Below, in pieces: positions 55,757-64,000 of a stretch of 64,000 nucleotides of DNA. The notes under the pieces were generated by a model. The model did no database searches. It was not told the origin of the DNA and saw only the letters and a list, made by a program, of their open reading frames with translations. The stretch's first letter is position 1; each line of letters begins with the position of its first letter. Origin of the DNA: Bacillota bacterium (GTDB taxonomy: Bacteria > Bacillota_I > Bacilli_A > RF39 > UBA660); the NCBI GenBank assembly GCA_003524085.1, contig DOEC01000029.1, forward strand, positions 21,819 through 85,818, in the 5' to 3' direction. The position numbers were made by a program, and so were the translations under genes.

Positions 55757-57754
55757 ATGAAAAAAAATAAGAAATATTTTTTAATAGGTGGACTTGTATT
55801 AGTTTTAATAGTTTTAATATTATGTTTACTTATGTACTTGAATAGTAGAAAGAATGGTTATTCTTTTAGTGAGAAGAGCTTTATTAATTCAAACTTAAAT
55901 AATGTAATAGATGTAAGTGTTGAAGGAAGTTTACCAATATTTAGTAATAGTGGTGTTGGAGTGTTCTATGATTTTGTTAATTTTATGGAAAGAGATACTA
56001 AACTTACTTTTAATGTTCAAGTTAATGGAAGTGGAACTTATAAATTTACAAATAAGAATGAACTAGGTGGTAATGATCTACTTTTTTATACTGATCACTT
56101 TGTTGTTGTTAGTACGTTGAGTGACGAGATAGTTGATTTAAATACTTTAAGTGGAAAAAATGTTGCTGTTATGGATACTGATAAAGATTATGTTAGTAAA
56201 TATATGAGTGAATATAATGTGAATATTGTTAGTTTTAGTCATTTTAATGATTTAACTGATCAAATGAGCGATAGCGTTTTATATGCAATATTACCAATGC
56301 AAAAGTATATTAATTCCATAGTTTATAATAAATATAATATAGTTTATCATATTGATGGACTACACTCTCATTATGTTTTGAGTATGAATGATGCTAGTAG
56401 TACGATGAGTAAGATATTCACTAAAGCATTTAATATGTGGAAAAGTGAAATTTTACCTAGCATTAATAGTCATTTTTTAGAGTTATATTATGACGCGTAC
56501 AACTTAACAGAAGTTGAAAAAGAAAGAGTAACAAGTGATGATTTAATAGTAGGATATGTTGATAATATGCCATTCGAAGGAAAACTTAATAGAAACTTTA
56601 GTGGTATTACTTCTACGTACTTAGGTATATTTAGTGATATGACAGGAGCTACTTATAAATACATTGAATACAAAAATATTAATAAATTAATAGAAGCATT
56701 AAATAATAAAAAAGTAGATTTGGCAGTAAACTATTATGATGTAAATAGTTCAAACTATGTTGATAGTGTAAGTTTAGGTACTATTAAGTATGTAATTCTT
56801 GCACATCAAAGTAATAAAGATAGTTTTGATAATTTAGTTTCAATAAGTGATGATAATATTAAAATGGTTGGGAATACTAAACTTTATAAGTATATAAGTG
56901 GTATAAATAGTAATATAAATACTTATAAAGATTATAAAAAAATGTTTAAGAGTTTAACAAAAGAAGATATTCTTGTAATTGAAAAGAGTACATATGATTA
57001 TTATAAAAATAGTAGTCTTAAGAAATATGTGATTAAATATATGGGTGAGAGTACTGTTAGTAATACATTCCTTTTAAATAATGATAATAAAGTTTTAAAT
57101 AATTTATTTAACTTTTATTTGAGCACTACTAGTAATAATAATATTGAGAGTATGGCTATTGATAATAGTTTAAATATGGCTAGTAGAAATATTTTAATTG
57201 AGTTTATTATAAGTAATATTACTTATTTAGTTCTTCTTGTTATTGCAGTAGTTTTCTTACTTTATAAGTTTAATAGAAAAGTTAAAGTAACTAAGAAGAT
57301 TAAAAAAGAAGATAAGATGATGTATTTAGATGTAATGACTAATTTAAAAAATAGAAATTATTTAAATGATAATTTAAGTTATTGGGAAGATAATAAAGTG
57401 TATCCTCAAGCTGTTGTAGTAATTGATTTAAATAATATTTCAATTATTAATGATACTAAAGGGCATGAAGAGGGAGACAGACAGATTAAGAGTGCAGCTA
57501 GTATTCTTATTAAAACACAAAGAGAAAATAGTGAGATTATTAGAACTGATGGTAATGAATTTCTTATATATTTAGTTGGTTATGAAGAAAATCAAATAGT
57601 GACTTATGTTAATAAGTTAATGAAGGAATTTAAGAGTCTTCCTTATGAATATGGAGCTAGTATGGGATACTTTATGATAACAAGTGAGAGTACTACTATA
57701 GATGATGCAATTAATGAAGCCTTAATTAAAATGAGAGAAAATAAAGGAGAGTAA
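55757..57754 (+). CDS. Membrane sensor with two periplasmic-binding-protein-like domains and a degenerate GGDEF domain
   Basis: N-terminal TM, about 450 aa extracytoplasmic, a second TM, and then a GGDEF fold (NRNYL..., IND..GHEEGD) whose active-site motif reads DGNEF (57548-57562). Confidence 0.7.
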   Translation: MKKNKKYFLIGGLVLVLIVLILCLLMYLNSRKNGYSFSEKSFINSNLNNVIDVSVEGSLPIFSNSGVGVFYDFVNFMERDTKLTFNVQVNGSGTYKFTNKNELGGNDLLFYTDHFVVVSTLSDEIVDLNTLSGKNVAVMDTDKDYVSKYMSEYNVNIVSFSHFNDLTDQMSDSVLYAILPMQKYINSIVYNKYNIVYHIDGLHSHYVLSMNDASSTMSKIFTKAFNMWKSEILPSINSHFLELYYDAYNLTEVEKERVTSDDLIVGYVDNMPFEGKLNRNFSGITSTYLGIFSDMTGATYKYIEYKNINKLIEALNNKKVDLAVNYYDVNSSNYVDSVSLGTIKYVILAHQSNKDSFDNLVSISDDNIKMVGNTKLYKYISGINSNINTYKDYKKMFKSLTKEDILVIEKSTYDYYKNSSLKKYVIKYMGESTVSNTFLLNNDNKVLNNLFNFYLSTTSNNNIESMAIDNSLNMASRNILIEFIISNITYLVLLVIAVVFLLYKFNRKVKVTKKIKKEDKMMYLDVMTNLKNRNYLNDNLSYWEDNKVYPQAVVVIDLNNISIINDTKGHEEGDRQIKSAASILIKTQRENSEIIRTDGNEFLIYLVGYEENQIVTYVNKLMKEFKSLPYEYGASMGYFMITSESTTIDDAINEALIKMRENKGE

Positions 57755-57756
57755 GT

Positions 57757-58638
57757 ATGCTAGATAGGTTCAAAGTATTTTGTAAAAACTTATATGATAT
57801 GATGATGAAACCTGAAATGCTTACTTTGCCTAGTAGTCTTGCGTATTACTTTGTACTAGCGGTTGTACCAATTATTTCAATACTTCTTTTGATAGCAACA
57901 GAGTTTAATTTATCAACTAGTTATATTACAGAGTTTTTGGAGAGTAATTTTAGTAGTGAACTTGCTAGTTTAGTTACGCCTATACTTACAAATCAGGGTT
58001 TGTCATTTGGTTTTGTAGTTTATATATTAGTAGCTTTCTTTATAGTTAGTAATGGTGCTGATGCAATAATAGTTGCAAGTAATATGATATTTAATATAGA
58101 GAATAAAAATTATTTTGTTAGAAGAATGAAAGCTTTTGTTTTAACACTTGTGTTATTCTTACTGTTTACATTTATGTTAGTTGTACCTGTGTTTGGTGAA
58201 CAGATACTTACAGTGTTAACTTATATCGGGTTTAATAATAAGATAATTGATGTGTTAAAAATGCTTTATCCAGTATTAAATGTTCCACTTACATTATTTG
58301 TGATGTACTTGGGAATAAAATTAATCTTTATAATAGCGCCTGATGAGAAAATAAAGAGTAAGTATGTTAATAAAGGGGCTATATTTACTACTGTTTGTTG
58401 GTTCTTAGTAACTTTAGTGTATAGCTATTATATCAAACATATTGCTACATATAACATTTATTATGCTGGACTTAGTACAATAGTAACACTTATGGTGTGG
58501 TTCTATTTTCTAGCATTCATATTCGTATTAGGATTATCTTTTAACTATAATACAGTTGAAAAGAAAATAGAAGAAACTAATGCAATTAAATTAAAAGAGA
58601 TTGAAGAAAAGGTTAAAATGAGTAAAAATCATGTTTGA
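57757..58638 (+). CDS. YihY/BrkB-family membrane protein
   Basis: LPSSLAYYFVLAVVPII N-terminal signature, with 6 TM. Confidence 0.6.
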   Translation: MLDRFKVFCKNLYDMMMKPEMLTLPSSLAYYFVLAVVPIISILLLIATEFNLSTSYITEFLESNFSSELASLVTPILTNQGLSFGFVVYILVAFFIVSNGADAIIVASNMIFNIENKNYFVRRMKAFVLTLVLFLLFTFMLVVPVFGEQILTVLTYIGFNNKIIDVLKMLYPVLNVPLTLFVMYLGIKLIFIIAPDEKIKSKYVNKGAIFTTVCWFLVTLVYSYYIKHIATYNIYYAGLSTIVTLMVWFYFLAFIFVLGLSFNYNTVEKKIEETNAIKLKEIEEKVKMSKNHV

Positions 58639-58733
58639 TCTTTTTTTAATTGTGACAATATTGTGAAAATGATGTGTATTTAATGACTTTTCTTCTGAAA
58701 TTTGGTAAAATATTGTTGTGAGGAATGATTAGA

Positions 58734-60692
58734 ATGAAGAATACTATTAAAAACTTTGTTAAGAAATTTAAAAAGTATTATAGTACTAATATTTTGTTTT
58801 TGACATATTCATTAACTTCTTTAATAATTGGGACTTTACTTAGAGCTTTAACAATGGGATTAACATTTGATTTTAGACCTTTTATATGGGACTTAGTTAT
58901 TATTCTTATATTTGGTTCTTTTGGTTATTTGTTTAAACCTAAAAATCAATTCAAGTATTTTTTAAGTGTTAATATAGTTTTTACACTTATATGTGTTGTT
59001 AATTCTATTTATTATATGTTTTATACTAATTATGTAAGTGTAAGTTTACTTAGTACAATGAGTATGTTTGGACAAGTAAGTGATTCGGTTACTACTAAAT
59101 TAAGATTAGAATACTTTGTTTATTTACTTGCGCCTATAACACTTATAGTAGTTAATAAACTTCTTGTTAAAAAGAATTATTATTACAATGTTGGAAAAGA
59201 AGAAAAAGGAAAGTTGATGTTCAGAAGGACTGGAGTGTGTGCACTTATTCTCGGAATTATGATAGGACTTACTATGACAAAGAGTGATGGAAGTAAATTA
59301 GTTAAACTTTGGAACAGGGATGCAGTTGTTAAAAGATTTGGAATATATACTTATATGTTAAGTGATATGGTAACAAGCTTAACTCCTGCGATTAGTCCGA
59401 TGTTTGGATATGATGAGAGTGCTCATACGTTTTTAGAGTTTTATAGTAAAGATAGAACTTATGAAACAAATAAGTACACTAATATATTTGAAGATAAGAA
59501 TGTAATATTTATTCATATGGAGAGTATTCAAAATTTCTTAATTGATTTAAAAGTTAATGGAGTAGAGATAACTCCTAATATAAATAAACTTAGTAGGGAA
59601 GGAATGTACTTTAGTAAGTTTTATCCACAAATTAGTATTGGAACAAGTAGTGATACTGAGTTTACTTTGAGTACTGGGATTTTACCAAGTTCTTCAGGGA
59701 CAGTGTTTGTAAATTATTTTAATAGAAAATATGAGAGTATGGAGAGAGCTTTTGATAATAAAGGCTACTACACATTTAGTATGCATGCTAATGTGGGAGA
59801 TTATTGGAATAGAAAGAATATGTATAATACTTTAGGATATAAAGAGTATTTTGATAAATCTTATTTTGAAGTACCAACTGACAAGAAAAGTGAAGATTTA
59901 GTAGGACTTGGGTTAAGTGATAAGTCTTTCTTTAAACAAATTATTCCTATTTTAAAAAATATTAAAGAAAGTAATACTAAGTATATGGGTAAGATTATTA
60001 CGTTAAGTAATCATAGTCCATTTGATGATGTTACTAAATATGGCAATATTGATTTAGGATATCTAAATGATACAGAAATGGGTAACTATTTAAAAAGTGC
60101 ACATTATGCTGATGAAGCACTTGGTATGTTCTTTAAACTTGTTAAAGAAAATGGGTTAGACGAGGACACCGTATTTATATTATACGGGGATCATGAGAGT
60201 AAACTAGGCAAAAAAAACTTGAATTTACTATATAATTACGATGAAAAATCAGGTGAATATAAGAATAAACTTGACCCTACTTATGTTGATTTAGACAATT
60301 ACCAATATGATATTCTTAAAAATACACCTTTGATTATCTATACAAGTAATGGTATAATAAATGGTGAAGTTAAAGATGTGATGGGAATGTGGGATGTGTT
60401 TCCAACTGTAGCAAACATGTTTAATTTAAGTTATAAGTATCCTTTAGGAAATGATATTTTCAGCAGAAATGATAAAATAGTAGTTTTTCCTAATGGAGAT
60501 ATTATTACAAATAAAGTGTTTTATAACAATTTAAGGGATGAATATGTTTCTTTGACTTCTGAGCCTATTAGTAGTGAGTATATTGATCAAATTAAGTTAT
60601 ATGCTGAAGTGAGACTTGAGGTAAGTAAAGGTATAATTGTACATAATTTGATAAGCACAGAGAGTGAGAAATTAGAAAGGATAAAAAGATGA
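58734..60692 (+). CDS. ltaS: Lipoteichoic acid synthase family protein (sulfatase domain)
   Basis: 5 TM followed by an extracellular sulfatase-like domain (HMESIQNF, TSSDTEFTLSTG). I preferred ATG 58734 over 58725. Confidence 0.7.
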   Translation: MKNTIKNFVKKFKKYYSTNILFLTYSLTSLIIGTLLRALTMGLTFDFRPFIWDLVIILIFGSFGYLFKPKNQFKYFLSVNIVFTLICVVNSIYYMFYTNYVSVSLLSTMSMFGQVSDSVTTKLRLEYFVYLLAPITLIVVNKLLVKKNYYYNVGKEEKGKLMFRRTGVCALILGIMIGLTMTKSDGSKLVKLWNRDAVVKRFGIYTYMLSDMVTSLTPAISPMFGYDESAHTFLEFYSKDRTYETNKYTNIFEDKNVIFIHMESIQNFLIDLKVNGVEITPNINKLSREGMYFSKFYPQISIGTSSDTEFTLSTGILPSSSGTVFVNYFNRKYESMERAFDNKGYYTFSMHANVGDYWNRKNMYNTLGYKEYFDKSYFEVPTDKKSEDLVGLGLSDKSFFKQIIPILKNIKESNTKYMGKIITLSNHSPFDDVTKYGNIDLGYLNDTEMGNYLKSAHYADEALGMFFKLVKENGLDEDTVFILYGDHESKLGKKNLNLLYNYDEKSGEYKNKLDPTYVDLDNYQYDILKNTPLIIYTSNGIINGEVKDVMGMWDVFPTVANMFNLSYKYPLGNDIFSRNDKIVVFPNGDIITNKVFYNNLRDEYVSLTSEPISSEYIDQIKLYAEVRLEVSKGIIVHNLISTESEKLERIKR

Positions 60693-61321
60693 GGAAAGTT
60701 TTAAATAAAAATAAGTTATTCTATTTTGTTATGATTAGTTTAATTTTAGTAGTTATTATAGTAATTGGTGTAAAGTTTACTCTTGAGTTTTTAGTTAAAG
60801 ATGATAAGAACGTAGTTACAAAGAAAGAACTTGATAGTTTAGAGTTGTATGGCTATACATTAGATGATTACGATAGTGATTTATATAAAGAGTATTTTAA
60901 TGATTTAAAGGGTACTTTAAATAGTAAAGAAGTTAATTATGAAGATTATGCTAAAGAAATAGTAAAATTATTTGTGAGTGATTTTTATACTTTAGATAAT
61001 AAACTTACTAGTAGTGATATAGGTGGTGTTGAATTTATTCCTAGTGATATGGTAGAGAACTTTAAAATGCATGCTGGAGATACTATGTATAATCATGTTA
61101 AAACTAATATTTATGGAGATAGAGTACAAAAGTTACCTATTGTAAAGAGTGTTGAAGTAACTAATATAGAGAATATTACTTATACTTATAAAGATAAAGA
61201 GTATTCAGCTTATAAAGTTAGTGCTAGGTGGGAATATCAAGAAGATTTGGGATATAAGAATAATGAAATATTTACTTTAATTAAAGATAATAATAAATTA
61301 TATATTGTTGTGGGGGAATAA
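60689..61321 (+). CDS. Hypothetical membrane-anchored protein
   Basis: 210 aa with an N-terminal TM. ATGA overlap with ltaS. Confidence 0.45.
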   Translation: MRKVLNKNKLFYFVMISLILVVIIVIGVKFTLEFLVKDDKNVVTKKELDSLELYGYTLDDYDSDLYKEYFNDLKGTLNSKEVNYEDYAKEIVKLFVSDFYTLDNKLTSSDIGGVEFIPSDMVENFKMHAGDTMYNHVKTNIYGDRVQKLPIVKSVEVTNIENITYTYKDKEYSAYKVSARWEYQEDLGYKNNEIFTLIKDNNKLYIVVGE

Positions 61322-61322
61322 T

Positions 61323-62648
61323 ATGAATGAAGTATATGATTATTTACTTAACAAGAGTGGTGTAAGATACAGAGATACTATAGTTTTAGGAATAAGTGGT
61401 GGGCCTGACTCGATGGCTTTACTTAGTATTATGCTTAAACTTAAAAGTGAACTAGATTTAGTTTTAATAGTTGCACATGTTAACCATAATGTTAGAGAAG
61501 AAAGTAAGGAAGAAGAAGAGTATGTAAGAAAGTATGCTAAAGAAATCGGAGTTATTTTTGAAGGACTAAGTGTTAAAAATTGGGGAGATGATAACTTTGA
61601 AAATGAAGCTAGAACTGTTAGATATAATTTCTTTGAAAAGATAGTTAGAGAATATAATGCTAAATATTTAATGACAGCACATCATGGGGACGATTTAATT
61701 GAGACTATTCTTATGCGTATAGTAAGAGGTTCTACTTTAAAAGGATATAGTGGATTTAGTAAATGTGTTGGTAGAGATGGGTATACAATTATTAGACCTT
61801 TAATTAGTGTTACAAAAGATACTTTAGTTAAATATTGTGAAGAAAATGGGGTAAAATATTATATAGATAAGACTAACTTAGATGATGTTCATACAAGAAA
61901 TAGATATAGGAAATGTATGTTACCATTTTTAAAAAAAGAAGACCCATTAGTACATGAAAAGTTTTTGAAGTTTAGTGAAACTTTGCTTTTATATAATAAT
62001 TATATTGATAAAGAAATTAAAGAAGTGATCACTAAAGTATTTAAAGGTGGAGTATTAGATATTCCTAAGTTTAAAGAGCTTGACTATTTAATTCAAAGTA
62101 AGATTATTTATAGTATACTAGAGAAAATATATGGAGATGATTTATTCATTGTTACTAGTACACATGTTAATTTGATATTTGATTTAATAAATAAAGAAAC
62201 TCCTAATAGTGTGGTTCATTTACCTAATAATGTTAAAGTGGTAAGAGCTTATGATGAAGTTAGTTTTGATTATGAAGAAGAAGAATCTAACGTGTATGAA
62301 ATTGAGATAAATGATGTTGTGAATTTACCTAATGGAAAGAATATTGAAGTAGTAAGTAGTTGTGAAGATACTAGTAACAATACTATTAGACTAAATATTG
62401 ATGATATTACATTACCTCTTTATGTTAGAACTAGAAGAAACGGAGACAAGATGATGGTTAAAGGAATGAATGGACATAAAAAGGTTAATGATATATTTAT
62501 AGATAGTAAGATTTCTACAAAAGATAGACATGTTTGGCCAGTTGTGAGTGATGCAGAAAATAACATTATTTGGATACCTGGACTTAAAAAGAGTAAATTT
62601 GATGTAGAAAAAGGTAAAAAGTGTGATATAATACTTAAGTACTATTAA
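61323..62648 (+). CDS. tilS: tRNA(Ile)-lysidine synthetase
   Basis: PP-loop GISGGPDSMAL. ATG 61323. Confidence 0.9.
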   Translation: MNEVYDYLLNKSGVRYRDTIVLGISGGPDSMALLSIMLKLKSELDLVLIVAHVNHNVREESKEEEEYVRKYAKEIGVIFEGLSVKNWGDDNFENEARTVRYNFFEKIVREYNAKYLMTAHHGDDLIETILMRIVRGSTLKGYSGFSKCVGRDGYTIIRPLISVTKDTLVKYCEENGVKYYIDKTNLDDVHTRNRYRKCMLPFLKKEDPLVHEKFLKFSETLLLYNNYIDKEIKEVITKVFKGGVLDIPKFKELDYLIQSKIIYSILEKIYGDDLFIVTSTHVNLIFDLINKETPNSVVHLPNNVKVVRAYDEVSFDYEEEESNVYEIEINDVVNLPNGKNIEVVSSCEDTSNNTIRLNIDDITLPLYVRTRRNGDKMMVKGMNGHKKVNDIFIDSKISTKDRHVWPVVSDAENNIIWIPGLKKSKFDVEKGKKCDIILKYY

Positions 62649-62663
62649 AGAAAGGAAGAGATT

Positions 62664-64000
62664 ATGAAAAAGAAAAATATGTTTAAAGACATTATGCCTT
62701 ATATTATGCTTATATTTGTAGTTGGTATTATTTACTATACATTTAATTTAAATAATGTTAAGGTTAATGAAATGAATTATAATGAGTTTTTAACTAATTT
62801 AAAAGGAGAAAAGGTTAAGGAATTAACTGTTACACCAAAAGATAGTGATAGTGTATATTTGATAACTGGTAAACTAGAAAACTATAGTAAAAACGAGACA
62901 TTTAAGTTGATTGTTCCATATACAGATAGTGTTATTGATAACATTCTTAGTATTAGTAATGAACAACAACTTGATGTTAAGATTAATAAAGATCCAGGAA
63001 GTGTTAGTTGGTTAGTAATAATTTTAGATTTCGTGCCAATACTTTTAATCGGTGGACTTACTATTTATTTAGTAAGAGCGATGATGGGTAATGGCAAAGG
63101 TGGAACACTAGACTTTGGAAGAAGTAGAGCTAAACTTAATCAAGAAGGTGGAAAAGTTACATTTAAGGATGTTGCTGGACTTAATGAAGAGAAAGAGGAA
63201 GTTAAAGAGTTAATAGACTTTTTAAAGAGTCCTAAGAAGTTTACTAAGTTAGGGGCTAGAATTCCTAAAGGTGTTTTATTAGTTGGTCCTCCAGGAACAG
63301 GTAAAACATTACTTGCAAAAGCAGTAGCTGGAGAAGCTAAAGTACCATTTTATTATATAAGTGGAAGTGATTTCGTTGAGTTATTCGTTGGTGTTGGTGC
63401 ATCACGTGTAAGAGATATGTTTAAACAAGCTAAACAAAATGCTCCATGTTTAATATTTATTGATGAAATAGATGCAGTGGGTAGACAAAGAGGAACAGGA
63501 TTAGGTGGAGGACATGATGAAAGAGAACAAACTTTAAACCAATTACTTACTGAGATGGATGGTTTTGGGGCTAATGAAGGTATTATAATTATAGCTGCAA
63601 CTAATAGACCAGATGTACTTGATCCTGCACTTTTAAGACCAGGTAGATTTGATAGACAAGTTACTGTTAATTTACCAGATGTTAGAGAAAGAGAAGCTAT
63701 ACTTAATGTTCATGCTAAGGGTAAGATTTTTGATAAAGCTGTTAACTTGAAGAGAATAGCTGAGAGAACTCCAGGGTATAGTGGAGCTGACTTAGAAAAC
63801 TTACTTAATGAAGCTGCACTTTTAGCTGTTAGAAGAAATAAAGACGATATTGGAATGGACGAGATAGATGAAGCTAGTGATAGGGTTCTTATGGGTCCTG
63901 CTAAAGTTAGTAGGAAAGTAACAGATTATGAAAAGAATATAGTAGCTTATCATGAAAGTGGACATGCCGTTTTAGGAATAGAACTTCCTAATGGTGAAGA
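62664..64000 (+). CDS. ftsH: ATP-dependent zinc metalloprotease FtsH (3' end outside window)
   Basis: ATG 62664 follows RBS AGGAAGAG. Walker [19 protein letters not shown], the SRH region and HESGHA at the window edge are present. The frame is open to position 64000. Confidence 0.92.
   Translation, partial: MKKKNMFKDIMPYIMLIFVVGIIYYTFNLNNVKVNEMNYNEFLTNLKGEKVKELTVTPKDSDSVYLITGKLENYSKNETFKLIVPYTDSVIDNILSISNEQQLDVKINKDPGSVSWLVIILDFVPILLIGGLTIYLVRAMMGNGKGGTLDFGRSRAKLNQEGGKVTFKDVAGLNEEKEEVKELIDFLKSPKKFTKLGARIPKGVLLVGPPGTGKTLLAKAVAGEAKVPFYYISGSDFVELFVGVGASRVRDMFKQAKQNAPCLIFIDEIDAVGRQRGTGLGGGHDEREQTLNQLLTEMDGFGANEGIIIIAATNRPDVLDPALLRPGRFDRQVTVNLPDVREREAILNVHAKGKIFDKAVNLKRIAERTPGYSGADLENLLNEAALLAVRRNKDDIGMDEIDEASDRVLMGPAKVSRKVTDYEKNIVAYHESGHAVLGIELPNGE

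Overview
This is a 64-kb, strongly AT-rich window (G+C looks below ~30% by eye, not computed) from the origin-proximal chromosome of a spore-forming Firmicute (Bacillota). The gene order recalls the Bacillus subtilis 0-degree region. The ~75-nt SRP RNA and very low G+C hint at an Erysipelotrichia/Clostridia-like lineage, which is inference only. There are about 85 genes, nearly all on the + strand: dnaN'-comK-like-recF-gyrB-gyrA | ffs-tadA-dnaX-ybaB-recR-bofA-holB-ricT-yabB-rsmI-pth-mfd | IS3 element | ppa(-) spoVT rpmE rpiB | spoIID, M23 peptidase | agr-like quorum-sensing locus | csp hpf secA | decayed islet | hdeD nudix oatA-like cinA | HExxH + kinase-like pair, lemA, ung(-), AGCS symporter(-) | tatD sleB-like rsmA yabG veg spoVG yabP yabQ divIC | pcrA [3.5-kb insertion] ligA | GGDEF-like, yihY, ltaS, tilS, ftsH'. 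Eight items stand out. (1) A 1.03-kb gene-free spacer after gyrA carries nine consensus parS (ParB/Spo0J) sites, and eight of the nine are extended into 24-34 bp palindromes by copy-specific complementary arms. (2) A perfect Noc-binding-site palindrome is embedded in rsmI. (3) An apparently intact IS3-family element sits between mfd and ppa/spoVT. (4) A ~480-nt non-coding stretch follows a consensus promoter and has no identifiable RNA family. (5) A convergent agr-like locus includes a 39-aa AgrD gene missing from the ORF track, and the whole module is bracketed by a 17-nt direct repeat. (6) A decayed islet lies downstream of secA: an orphan zinc-ribbon protein, a YunG-Ada fusion, a relic SEC-C tail and a RhuM pseudogene. 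(7) A translationally coupled HExxH / protein-kinase-like gene pair is driven by a consensus promoter. (8) An AAA-ATPase gene flanked by 28-nt hairpin-containing direct repeats is inserted between pcrA and ligA. I saw no rRNA, tRNA, CRISPR array or cas genes. All protein calls rest on motifs and synteny recognised by eye, because no database search or folding could be run.
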